From positions 1 to 64,000 of the forward strand of contig JBBRPR010000006.1 in the NCBI GenBank assembly GCA_038227875.1: DNA of 64,000 nucleotides, given 5' to 3'. Below, in pieces: positions 17,602 to 26,877 of the stretch. The position numbers and the translations under genes are program-made. Origin of the DNA: Planctomycetota bacterium (GTDB lineage Bacteria > Planctomycetota > SZUA-567 > H5-PLA8). Within the stretch, counting starts at the first letter, position 1. Each line of letters opens with the position of its first letter. The notes beneath the pieces were generated by a model. That model saw nothing but the letters and a program-made list of their open reading frames with translations, had not been told where the DNA came from and did no database searches.

Positions 17602-19137
17602 ATGTTTGTCATTCTCAATTCGCAGTCCCGTAAAAAAGAGGAATTCAAGCCGCTGGATCCGGCGGGCAAGCACGTGAAAATGTACACCTGCGGCCCGACG
17701 GTCTACGACAGCCTGCATCTGGGCCACGCCCGCGCGGCGATCACCCCGGACCTGGTGCGGCGCTATTTGGAATACAAAGGCTTTGAAGTCCGCTACGTCA
17801 CGAACTTCACCGACGTCGACGACAAGATCATCAAGCGCGCGCTGAAGGATGGCGTGCACTGGCAGGACCTGACGCGCCGCTACATCGCGGAATTCCACAG
17901 CCTGATGCTTTCGCTGAACGTCGCGCCCGCGGATGCCTACCCGCGCGCCACCGATCACATCAAGGAGATGATTGAGATCGTGGCTCGCTTGATCGCGTCG
18001 CAGCATGCATACGCGGCGTCCGATGGGGACATCTATTTCGATACGACCAGCTACGAGCGCTACGGCGCTCTCTCGGGGCGCAAGCTGGAGGAAGAAGATT
18101 CGGCCTACTCGGGCCGCGTCTCGACCGATCGCATCGCGGTGAAGAAAAGTCAGGGCGACTTCGTGCTTTGGAAGCTGATCAAGAACGACAAAGGCGAAAT
18201 CGGCGAAGGCGGCGCCGCGGTGCCGCGCTGGCCCTCGCCGTGGGGAGAAGGCCGGCCGGGCTGGCATCTGGAATGCTCGGCGATGTCGCAGAAGTATCTC
18301 GACGTGCCGTTCGACATTCATATGGGCGGCCAGGATTTGCTCTTCCCGCATCACGAAGACGAAAAGGCGCAGACGGAATGCGCGTACCATGATCACCTGG
18401 GTGATAAGGAATCCGTGAACTATTGGGTTCACAACGCGTTCATCACAGTGAAGGCGCGACCGGACGAAGTGGTCGGCAGCGAGAACCTCGATGCGCAGAC
18501 CGGCACGGTCAAAATGTCGAAGAGCCTCGGCAATGTGAAGTGGCTGCGCGAAATGATCTGGCCGGAAGGTCCGTACGATCCGATGGCGTTGCGCATGCTG
18601 ATGCTTTCGAGCCACTACCGTTCGCCGATTATTTTCGAGCCGGCATTGCTCGACGAATCGGCCGCGCGTCTCGAGCGTATCTACAACGCGCTGGAAGCAA
18701 TTGAACGCACCACCGCGCAGATCCCCGATGCGGCGAAGCTGCGCGATACAAACTCGGAGACGATCAAGAAGTTTGTGGTCGCGATGGACGATGACTTCAA
18801 CACCGCCGGCGCGCTGGGCGAAATCTTCGATGCGGTCTCGAAAGCCAACGGGCTGATCGCGGGTTCGAAGTCGGAGGCGGATCTCAAGCAGGCGGCGATG
18901 CTGCGCAATGACATCATCGAGATCCTGAACGTGCTCGGTATCCGGCCACACCGTGCGAAGACTACTTCGGCGGGAGATAGTGAGAAACTGGTGGACTTGC
19001 TGCTGCAGGTCCGGCAGGATGTGCGCGTGGCCAAGCAGTACGCGATTTCCGACAAAATTCGCGATGGCTTAAAGGGTTTGAGTTACGAAGTCGAAGATCT
19101 GCCCGGCGGCAAGTCGCTGGCAAAAAAGAAAACCTAA
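17602..19137 (+). CDS. cysS: Cysteinyl-tRNA synthetase
   Basis: YTCGPTVY, HLGH (HIGH), GRPGWHLECS, FPHHEDE, KMSKSLGN, DDDFNT. Confidence 0.97.
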   Translation: MFVILNSQSRKKEEFKPLDPAGKHVKMYTCGPTVYDSLHLGHARAAITPDLVRRYLEYKGFEVRYVTNFTDVDDKIIKRALKDGVHWQDLTRRYIAEFHSLMLSLNVAPADAYPRATDHIKEMIEIVARLIASQHAYAASDGDIYFDTTSYERYGALSGRKLEEEDSAYSGRVSTDRIAVKKSQGDFVLWKLIKNDKGEIGEGGAAVPRWPSPWGEGRPGWHLECSAMSQKYLDVPFDIHMGGQDLLFPHHEDEKAQTECAYHDHLGDKESVNYWVHNAFITVKARPDEVVGSENLDAQTGTVKMSKSLGNVKWLREMIWPEGPYDPMALRMLMLSSHYRSPIIFEPALLDESAARLERIYNALEAIERTTAQIPDAAKLRDTNSETIKKFVVAMDDDFNTAGALGEIFDAVSKANGLIAGSKSEADLKQAAMLRNDIIEILNVLGIRPHRAKTTSAGDSEKLVDLLLQVRQDVRVAKQYAISDKIRDGLKGLSYEVEDLPGGKSLAKKKT

Positions 19138-19152
19138 AGGAATCTCTGCGCC

Positions 19153-19584
19153 ATGCCCAAAATGCCTCCCCCCAGTGACAAGAGCTTGGAGAAGATCGAC
19201 CGGCTCGTGAAGTCGTACTGCACCAAGTCCGGCACGACGACGCATCCGGAACCGGAAGTGACCAAGGCTGTTGTCGATGGTCTCGCGCAGCACATGGACG
19301 CGCTCGGCCGGCCGCTTTGCCCGTGCCGTTACTACCCGGACAAGACCGAAGAGATCAAGCACCGCACGTGGATCTGCCCGTGCGAGGACATGAACGTCTA
19401 CAAGTATTGCCACTGCCTCCTCTTCGTCACCAAGGAAGGCGTGCCGATCACCGAGTACCTGCCGGAAGACCACGAAGGCCGCAAGACCTACGGACTGGTG
19501 AAGGATCCGACGCCGGACGTCGGCCGCCCACTGCGTGACAAAGCGGCGGAGCGCGAAGTTGAGCGCAAGACGCGTCCGTCGTAA
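19153..19584 (+). CDS. Ferredoxin-thioredoxin reductase catalytic subunit family protein
   Basis: GRPLCPCR, WICPC, CHCLLF motifs. Confidence 0.9.
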   Translation: MPKMPPPSDKSLEKIDRLVKSYCTKSGTTTHPEPEVTKAVVDGLAQHMDALGRPLCPCRYYPDKTEEIKHRTWICPCEDMNVYKYCHCLLFVTKEGVPITEYLPEDHEGRKTYGLVKDPTPDVGRPLRDKAAEREVERKTRPS

Positions 19585-19589
19585 GGGAC

Positions 19590-19668
19590 CGGGATTAGGG
19601 ATTCGAGAATCGGGATTCGGCAACTGCCTGCGCCTCGGCGAATGCTGATTCCCGATTCTTGAATCCCG
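19590..19668. repeat. Inverted-repeat element of GGGATTC-type heptamers
   Basis: cgggattagggattcgagaatcgggattcgg ... ctgattcccgattcttgaatcccg. Confidence 0.65.
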
Positions 19669-19681
19669 CAGTTCATAAACC

Positions 19682-20896
19682 ATGACCGACATCGCACAAT
19701 TCAACGGAAAGATCGGGCCGGGCAATCTGCTCGGACTGGTCAAGAACACCGCTCCCTTCATTTTTGATTTCGGATTCGTGCCGGACGCGACGCCGTTACC
19801 TGTGCGCGCGTCGCCGGTGCGGCCGATTGAGATGTCCGGGCATCCGTATGGGTGGCTTGAGATTCTCAAGAATACCGAAGCGGTCGCGGCGGTCGGCAAT
19901 CCGAACACCGAGCAGCGCGAGGACTACTTCGCGCTCTGTATCGCATGCCACCACGCCACGGTCGCGACCTTCATTCCGACCGATGTCGATTCAAAAATCC
20001 GCGGGCACCTCTGGCAGCAGCGTGAAGATCCGCTCGCGTTGCGGCGCATGTTCGACTTCGTGGTTAACGCGATGAGCTGGGACGTCTCGCGCATTTCCAC
20101 GCGCACGATCGCGCGCTCGGGCGTCGGCCCCGTCAGCGGCCACAATGGCGAGATGCTGGGCGTGCTGGCCGGCGCCCTCGGCGGCTTCCTGAAAAACGGG
20201 GACCCGGAGTACGCCGAAAAAGCGGCCGAGACCATCGATGGCGAACTTAAGCGCGAAGCGCACGAACTGTTCTTCGTGATCGAACAATGCCACGCGGGCA
20301 AGCCGCTGGAGCTGGATCTGCTGCGCCTGGCGTCGAGTCTCACGCACAACGTCGGCGATCTGGACCAGGGCATCAGTTTCTGGAGCGGGCGCGATATTTA
20401 CACGCCGTACCGTGAGCGCTTTCACCGGCTGGCTCACGAGAATTCCGAACCGTACAACCGCGCGTACCACATTGCCGCGCACATCTACAAGAAGATCATG
20501 TCGAGCGAAGGGCATCGCCACTACCCGCTGCGCGAAGTCCGCGCGTTGCGGCAGTCGCGTGAATTTCTGCTGCCGCTCGGACCGTTTTTCGACGACTGGG
20601 GCGCGCTGGCCGGCAGCCATCCGAAAATGAGCGTCGACGATCGCGCGGAACTGCTCGCGGCGCTGCTCTCCGGATGCAAGAAGATTGCCAATCAGGTCGG
20701 CTACTTCCGCGCTGTCTCCGGGATGGCCGCTGCGCTCGGCGGAAATCTCGACGCGATCGTGAAACGGATGCCCGCGTCGTTGCGCAACGAGCTCAAGGAA
20801 TCGGAAGTGCGCAAGCACATCGCGCTGAAAAAGATTTCATTTGAGTCCGGGATGCGCAAGCGGGCGATGGCGGCGTTGAGTGAAAAGGCGACCTGA
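19682..20896 (+). CDS. Hypothetical protein with His-rich motifs (possible metalloprotein)
   Basis: 404-aa ORF with host-like codon usage; CIACHH, GHNGE, THNVGD, GHRHY. Confidence 0.75.
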   Translation: MTDIAQFNGKIGPGNLLGLVKNTAPFIFDFGFVPDATPLPVRASPVRPIEMSGHPYGWLEILKNTEAVAAVGNPNTEQREDYFALCIACHHATVATFIPTDVDSKIRGHLWQQREDPLALRRMFDFVVNAMSWDVSRISTRTIARSGVGPVSGHNGEMLGVLAGALGGFLKNGDPEYAEKAAETIDGELKREAHELFFVIEQCHAGKPLELDLLRLASSLTHNVGDLDQGISFWSGRDIYTPYRERFHRLAHENSEPYNRAYHIAAHIYKKIMSSEGHRHYPLREVRALRQSREFLLPLGPFFDDWGALAGSHPKMSVDDRAELLAALLSGCKKIANQVGYFRAVSGMAAALGGNLDAIVKRMPASLRNELKESEVRKHIALKKISFESGMRKRAMAALSEKAT

Positions 20897-21035
20897 CCGT
20901 TGTCCGAATTGCTTCGAAGTCGGACATTTTTCCGGCAGGGGTACGTCTGTCCTGGAGCTTCTTGTTGCTATAGCAACCCGGCCCGAGGGGCCGCGCCACC
21001 CCTCGCGGGTTTGTCAGTAATCGTCCGTAAAAATT

Positions 21036-22331
21036 TTACACTACGATGACTTTCGCGGGCGGGATGCCGTTGAAGATCACGGCGCTGGCGCAGCTGTATG
21101 CGCCGATGTTCGGGACGTAGACCACGTCGCCGACATCCAGCTCGGGAACTTCCTCGTTCAGCGAGATCGTGTCGAACGAATCGCAGGTCGGGCCGGCGAG
21201 GATGCTCGCGAACTTCTGACCGCGCTTGAGCGTCTTGAACTCGTACTTGCAGTGGTCGAAGACCTGACCAGAGAAGTCGCCGTAGACGCCGTCGTCCAGG
21301 TAGTAGTAATTCTTGTTGTTGCGGATCGCGCGGCCGACGACGCGGGTGATCAGTGTGCCCGCGGGGCCGCAGAGCGCGCGGCCCGGTTCGGCGATGATGT
21401 CGATGTCCTTCGGGAAAAGCCGGTCGAGCTCGCGGCGCATCTGCTTCGCGAACGACTCGATTGTGTGCGTGTCGGAATCGAAATGGCGGATCGGGAAGCC
21501 GCCGCCGATGTCCACCATCTTGAACGGAATGTTGCGGGAGCGGGCTTCGCGCATCAGCTGCGCGCCAATTTCAAACGCGCGCTGGTAGTTCTCGATGTTG
21601 GTGCACTGCGAGCCGACGTGGAAGCTGATGCCTTCCGGCCTCAGGCCCAGCGACTTGGCCTTGCCCAGCATGTGGACGATCTGTTCCTGGTCGGCGCCGA
21701 ACTTCAGCGAAAGTTCCACGATGCTGCCGAGGTTGCTCACCTTCAAACGCGCGAGAACGCGGCAGCCGGGGGCGTGCTTGGCGATCTTGTAGAGTTCCGG
21801 CTCATTATCGAACGTGACGAAGTTGATCTTCTGCTTCCGGCAGAATTCCAGCGCTTCGGGGCGCTTGATCGTGTTGGCGAAAATGATGTTGTTCGGCGAG
21901 ACGCCCTGCGAGAGCACGTGCTTCATCTCGCCTTCGCTGGCGACGTCGAAGGACGAACCGAGGTCGCGGAAAGTCTTGATGATGTCCGGATGCGGGTTGG
22001 CCTTGATGGCGTAGAACAGGCGGACGCGCGGGAGCAGTTTGCGGAAGCGCGTGTATTCGGCGATCAGGCGGGCCTTGTCGATGACCAGCAGAGGGGTGCC
22101 GTGTAGCTTGATCAGCGCGCGGAGGCGCTTGGGCATGCCCAGCTTCATAATAGATGGGGGAGTTTTGTGAACGGCGGCGTGGACGAACTGCGCTTCGCTG
22201 AGCACCGGGGGGAACTTGGATTTTTCAGGGTTGCTCACGGCGTGTCCGTTACCGTTCGAGCCATTCGCTTGCGCGGCGCGTTTGCGGGCCAGGGCGCTCA
22301 GGCGCGACGGCGATTTCAAAGACTTTTCCAA
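21036..22331 (-). CDS. Group IV (beta/alpha-barrel) PLP-dependent ornithine/lysine decarboxylase
   Basis: FYAIKANP, FDVAS, KFG, HVGSQ, DIGGGF, EPGR, GPTCDSFD, GAY; start uncertain. Confidence 0.9.
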   Translation of the reverse strand: MEKSLKSPSRLSALARKRAAQANGSNGNGHAVSNPEKSKFPPVLSEAQFVHAAVHKTPPSIMKLGMPKRLRALIKLHGTPLLVIDKARLIAEYTRFRKLLPRVRLFYAIKANPHPDIIKTFRDLGSSFDVASEGEMKHVLSQGVSPNNIIFANTIKRPEALEFCRKQKINFVTFDNEPELYKIAKHAPGCRVLARLKVSNLGSIVELSLKFGADQEQIVHMLGKAKSLGLRPEGISFHVGSQCTNIENYQRAFEIGAQLMREARSRNIPFKMVDIGGGFPIRHFDSDTHTIESFAKQMRRELDRLFPKDIDIIAEPGRALCGPAGTLITRVVGRAIRNNKNYYYLDDGVYGDFSGQVFDHCKYEFKTLKRGQKFASILAGPTCDSFDTISLNEEVPELDVGDVVYVPNIGAYSCASAVIFNGIPPAKVIVV

Positions 22332-22623
22332 CGACCCTTCTCCTTAAACTGAATGTACTTTTGATTCGACGGAATGTGTCGAAGAGGAAAGAGATACTAT
22401 GCAATCGCGACGTCAATTTTCAATGAAGAAAGGGAAAATAGTCTGTGTGATTTGACGGAAGGACGGAGAAGTGCGACTGGGCGAACGGCCGACAGGCTGC
22501 AAGGTGTGCGGCCTTGGTCTTCAATGGGTATAGAACCCGCGAGCACGTGGATCGAAACAAAACCCGTATTCCAAGCTTCGAATTCCAGACGGCGGCGGGG
22601 GCTCGCATAAACCCCATTCCCCC

Positions 22624-22652
22624 TTGACGTTTCCCCGCGCCATTGCTACAAG
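22624..22652 (+). promoter_or_regulatory. Putative promoter of ppdK
   Basis: TTGACG-17 bp-TACAAG with a TG at the extended -10 position. Confidence 0.35.
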
Positions 22653-22789
22653 CCTTGCAGCAAAAACAGTCTCGCGGATTCGCCGGTGTACGGCCTGGTC
22701 CCTACCCCACAGATCTGGGTTCGCGTTCGAGTTTCAGCTCGCGCGGGAGACTTGCGTTCGGAATTTTGAGCAGATTGGAGAAGCGGACA

Positions 22790-25570
22790 ATGCCCAAGCG
22801 TGTGTACTTTTTTGGCGCTGGAAAAGCAGAAGGTAAGGGCCACGAGAAGGAACTTCTCGGCGGTAAAGGCGCGGGCCTGGCGGAAATGACCAGTATCGGT
22901 CTCCCCGTTCCCGGCGGATTCACCATCACCATCGACACCTGCGCGGAATACTACGCGATTGGCCGCAAGTTCCCCAAGGGCCTGGAACAGGAAGTCAAGC
23001 AGCACATCGCCAAACTCGAGAAGGCTGCCGGCAAGAAGCTGGGCGACGCCCACGACCCGCTGCTGGTCTCCGTCCGCTCCGGCGCGGCCCGCTCGATGCC
23101 CGGCATGATGGAAACCATCCTCAACCTGGGACTCAACGACATCTCCGTCGAAGGCCTCGCGACCAAGACCAGCAACCCGCGCTTTGCCTACGACTCGTAC
23201 CGCCGCTTCATTCAGATGTATTCGACCACGGCCATGGGACTGTCCAAAGAGCCGATGGAAGAGATGCTGCACCACCTGAAAGCGAAGCTGGGCGTCAAGA
23301 ACGACACGGATGTGCCGGCCGATTCGATGAAGGAACTGTGCCAGGAATTCAAGGCATTCTACAAGGAAAAGAAGGGCGACGAGTTTCCGCAGGATCCGTT
23401 CGTGCAGCTCTGGGGCGCGATCAAGGCGGTCTTCGACTGCTGGGAAGCTGAAAAAGCGGTCACCTACCGCCGCGTCGAAAAGCTCAACACCCTCAAGGGC
23501 ACGGCCGTCAACATCGTCCAGATGGTCTACGGCAACAAGGGCGACAAGAGCGGCACGGGCGTGTGCTTCACCCGCGATCCGAACACCGGCGAGAACGTGT
23601 TCTACGGCGACCTGCTGATCAACGCGCAGGGCGAAGACGTGGTGGCCGGCATCCGCACCCCGCTCAAGCTCTCCGAATTGGCGTCGCTGCTCCCGGCCGC
23701 CAACAAGCAGCTCTACGATGTCCGCCGCATCCTTGAAGGCCACTACAAGGAAATGCAGGACCTCGAATTCACGATCGAAGACGAAAAGCTTTACATGCTG
23801 CAGTGCCGCACCGGCAAGCGCGGCCCGGCGGCCACGTTCGTCATCGCCGCCGACATGGTCAAAGAAAAGCTGATCACGAAGGAAGAAGCGATCGGCCGCA
23901 TTGCCCCCGAAGACATCGAACGCCTGTTCTACCCGGTGATCGATCCGCGCTTCAACAAGTCCGACCTGGCCAAGCGCCAGATCGCGACGGGCATCAATGC
24001 CGTCCCGGGCGCCGCGTTTGGTGAAGTCGTCTTCAACGCCGCCGACGCCGAAGAACTGGCCAAGGCCGGCAAGCCGGTGATCCTGGTCCGCAAGGAAACG
24101 TCGCCGGAAGACGTCGGCGGCATGCACGCCGCCCAATGTATTTTGACCGCGACAGGCGGCAAGACCTCCCATGCGGCCGTCGTTGCGCGTGGCTGGGGCA
24201 AGTGTTGCGTGGTCGGCTGCGAAATGCTCCACATCGACTACGAGAAGCAGCAGTTCACTTCCGCCGGACACGTCGTCAAGAAGGGCGACTTCCTGACCCT
24301 CAACGGCACGGAAGGCCTGGTCTACAGCGGCAAGATGGACCTGGTGAAGCCGGAACTTCCCGACGCGTACTACACGATCATGAAGTACGCCGACCAGATC
24401 CGCACGATCAACGTCCGCACCAACGCCGACACGCCGTACGACGCCGAGAACGCGATCAAGATGGGCGCCGAAGGCATCGGCTTGTGCCGCACCGAACACA
24501 TGTTCTTCGACACCGAAGCCCGCCGGCAGGCGATTCAGGAAATGATCGTCGCCGAAACGGAAGAATCCCGCCGCGCCGCGTTGGCCAAGCTGCTGCCGTT
24601 CCAGCGCGACGACTTCTACGGCATCTTCAAGGCGATGAACGGCCTGCCGGTCACCATCCGCCTGGTCGACCCGCCGCTGCATGAATTCGTGCCGCACGAG
24701 GAAGACAAGCAGCGCGCGCTGGCCGCCGTCATTGGCGTGCCGTTCGAGAAGGTCAAGCACCGCGTCGACCAGCTCCACGAAAGCAACCCGATGCTGGGTC
24801 ACCGCGGCTGCCGTCTGTGCATCACCTATCCTGAAATCCTCGAGATGCAGGTGCAGGCGATCATCGAAGCGGCGGTGAAGTGCAAGCAGGAGAAGATCAA
24901 GGTCCTGCCGGAAATCATGCATCCGCTGGTGCTCGACCTGAAGGAATTCCAGATCCTCGAAGCGCGCACGCGCAAGGTTGCTTCAGAGGTGATGGCGAAG
25001 GCCGGCGTGAAGGTCGACTACCTGGTCGGCACGATGATCGAAGTGCCGCGAGCAGCGCTGATGGCCGATGAGATCGCGAAGTCGGCGGAGTTCTTCAGCT
25101 TCGGCACCAACGACCTGACGCAGATGACCATGGCGCTATCGCGCGACGACGCGGGCCGCTTCCTGCCCGACTATGTCGACGTCAAGAAGGCCGCGGTCTT
25201 CCCGGACGATCCGTTCGTTTCGCTGGATCAGGCCGGTGTGGGCAAGCTGGTCAAGATGGGCATTGAACTGGGCCGCACGACCAATCCGAAGTTGAAGATC
25301 GGCATCTGCGGCGAACACGGCGGCGAACTGAAGTCGATCAAGTTCTGCCACCGCGTGGGCATGAATTACGTTTCGTGCTCGCCGTTCCGCGTGCCGATTG
25401 CACGCTTGGCTGCGGCGCAGGCCGCGATCGAAACGGCCAAGGAAAAAGCGGGGGCCAAGAAGGCCGCCAAGCCGGTGGCGAAGAAGGCTGCCAAGCCCTC
25501 GAAGCCGGCCGCAAAGAAAGCCGCGCCGAAGCTGGCGAAGCTGAAACTGCGCAAAGCTGTGCGCCGCTAA
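22790..25570 (+). CDS. ppdK: Pyruvate, phosphate dikinase
   Basis: LLGGKGAGLAEM, SVRSGA..SMPGMM, GGKTSHAAVVARG (phospho-His), FSFGTNDLTQ, GICGEHGG; GGAG RBS before ATG 22790. Confidence 0.97.
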   Translation: MPKRVYFFGAGKAEGKGHEKELLGGKGAGLAEMTSIGLPVPGGFTITIDTCAEYYAIGRKFPKGLEQEVKQHIAKLEKAAGKKLGDAHDPLLVSVRSGAARSMPGMMETILNLGLNDISVEGLATKTSNPRFAYDSYRRFIQMYSTTAMGLSKEPMEEMLHHLKAKLGVKNDTDVPADSMKELCQEFKAFYKEKKGDEFPQDPFVQLWGAIKAVFDCWEAEKAVTYRRVEKLNTLKGTAVNIVQMVYGNKGDKSGTGVCFTRDPNTGENVFYGDLLINAQGEDVVAGIRTPLKLSELASLLPAANKQLYDVRRILEGHYKEMQDLEFTIEDEKLYMLQCRTGKRGPAATFVIAADMVKEKLITKEEAIGRIAPEDIERLFYPVIDPRFNKSDLAKRQIATGINAVPGAAFGEVVFNAADAEELAKAGKPVILVRKETSPEDVGGMHAAQCILTATGGKTSHAAVVARGWGKCCVVGCEMLHIDYEKQQFTSAGHVVKKGDFLTLNGTEGLVYSGKMDLVKPELPDAYYTIMKYADQIRTINVRTNADTPYDAENAIKMGAEGIGLCRTEHMFFDTEARRQAIQEMIVAETEESRRAALAKLLPFQRDDFYGIFKAMNGLPVTIRLVDPPLHEFVPHEEDKQRALAAVIGVPFEKVKHRVDQLHESNPMLGHRGCRLCITYPEILEMQVQAIIEAAVKCKQEKIKVLPEIMHPLVLDLKEFQILEARTRKVASEVMAKAGVKVDYLVGTMIEVPRAALMADEIAKSAEFFSFGTNDLTQMTMALSRDDAGRFLPDYVDVKKAAVFPDDPFVSLDQAGVGKLVKMGIELGRTTNPKLKIGICGEHGGELKSIKFCHRVGMNYVSCSPFRVPIARLAAAQAAIETAKEKAGAKKAAKPVAKKAAKPSKPAAKKAAPKLAKLKLRKAVRR

Positions 25571-25609
25571 GAACAGTTCGGCAAATAATCAGCAGTCCGT
25601 TTTTCCCGG

Positions 25610-25648
25610 TTCCCCCTCGTCAGTAACGCGACGAGGGGGAATTTTTTT
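25610..25648 (+). terminator. Intrinsic terminator of ppdK
   Basis: ttccccctcgtc-agtaacgc-gacgagggggaa followed by T7. Confidence 0.85.
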
Positions 25649-26051
25649 ACCGCCACACCTGCCAATACCCGAAATGCAATCGGTTGGGCTCGCATTGAGA
25701 CGCGATTTCACGTGGCGCATATCTATCGTGCGGGACATTCCGCATACTTTTGATTCAAGGCAATCGATTTGCTACAGCAACACCCGGCTCAAAGTCACGG
25801 GTTTCGGACTGCTAATGATTGCTATGGAACTGACAGAACTCTATAATAGGCAAGTTCGAACACACCATGCCGTTGGCAATGGTTGGTTCCATTGCCTGGG
25901 TGTTCTCTGCGCGATTGGTTGGCTTCGCAGTACCTCGCAAGCCGTCGCCGCGCGTCTGGATCTATTCGCAAATCACGCCCGCGCTGGTTTCAACGTTCAG
26001 CCGCTGTCCCGGTTCGCGCGGAGATTTGCCGCACTGAAGGAGTTCTGCCGA

Positions 26052-26489
26052 ATGGCAAAGAAGCCCGATACGGCCTCCCAATTGTTTCTCGCCGTTGAAA
26101 ATGGACACTGCGACGCGATCGCCGTGATGCTCTCCAAAAAAGGCGCACGCCTGAACGTGAAAGAAACGACGTTCGGCATGACCGCGCTCCACGTCGCCGC
26201 GTCGAAGGGCAACAAAGAGATTTGCGAGCTGCTGCTGACCCGCGGCGCCGATATCGAAGCGAAAGAAGACACCGGCCGAACTGCGCTGCACACTGCCGCG
26301 TTCCGCGGCTACATGGAAATCGTGACGCTGCTGCTGGAGAAGGGCACGAAGATCAATGCGCAGACCAACGACGGCAAGACGCCGCTCGATTGGGCGATCA
26401 TCAACAGCAAGATCGACATCGCCGAAGCAATCCGCGCCGCCGGAGGCAAATGCGGCAAAGAGTTGGCTACCGCGCCCGCGGCGAAGTAG
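26052..26489 (+). CDS. Ankyrin-repeat protein
   Basis: GMTALHVAA, GRTALHTAA, GKTPLDWA repeats; AAGGAG before ATG 26052. Confidence 0.9.
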   Translation: MAKKPDTASQLFLAVENGHCDAIAVMLSKKGARLNVKETTFGMTALHVAASKGNKEICELLLTRGADIEAKEDTGRTALHTAAFRGYMEIVTLLLEKGTKINAQTNDGKTPLDWAIINSKIDIAEAIRAAGGKCGKELATAPAAK

Positions 26490-26522
26490 CCGAACGGCGC
26501 GGCAAGATCGGGGGTTTGGGTC

Positions 26523-26654
26523 ATGTCGGAGAAGAAACCACTCGCCACGCTCACGCCGGTCCACGTGAGGTGCCTGCGCTGCGGATCCAAGTTCATCTCC
26601 CCCGACAAGACCCGCAAGCGGATCTGCCGTCCGTGCTCGCTGAGAAGACTTTAA
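26523..26654 (+). CDS. Small zinc-finger protein (43 aa)
   Basis: MSEKKPLATLTPVHVRCLRCGSKFISPDKTRKRICRPCSLRRL; two CxxC pairs; not in the ORF track. Confidence 0.6.
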   Translation: MSEKKPLATLTPVHVRCLRCGSKFISPDKTRKRICRPCSLRRL

Positions 26655-26658
26655 CGGC

Positions 26659-26801
26659 ATTGCGGATTGCGGATTGCGGATTAGCTTGGCAGACACTGAG
26701 AGCAGTCGGGTGCCTTCCGCGGATGCGAGTTGGGGTTTGCATGCCTCGCACCGGACAGATTCACTTCGCTAATCCGCAATCCGAAATCCGAAATCCGCAA
26801 T
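26659..26801. repeat. Inverted-repeat element of GCGGATT/AATCCGC heptamers
   Basis: attgcggattgcggattgcggattagc (26659-26685) ... gctaatccgcaatccgaaatccgaaatccgcaat (26768-26801). Confidence 0.8.
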
Positions 26802-26816
26802 AAAAAGCTCTGAATG

Positions 26817-26854
26817 CAAAAAGAACTCGCCGCTCATCGCGGCGAGTTCTTCTT
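26817..26854. terminator. Bidirectional terminator
   Basis: aagaactcgccgc-tcatc-gcggcgagttctt with A/T flanks, between convergent genes. Confidence 0.75.
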
Positions 26855-26877
26855 CGCGGCCAAGCCTGTCCGGCGAA

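Noticed and set aside
19937..19954. c-type cytochrome (CIACH) in the 404-aa protein
   Set aside because: Single motif, no signal peptide or TM; heme attachment cannot be supported.
22332..22789. Riboswitch between the decarboxylase gene and ppdK
   Set aside because: No recognisable aptamer consensus or convincing stems by eye.
22646..24922. Long antisense ORFs (also 35427-37562, 57932-60217, 17359-18951)
   Set aside because: Shadow frames of GC-rich genes with clear sense-strand identities.
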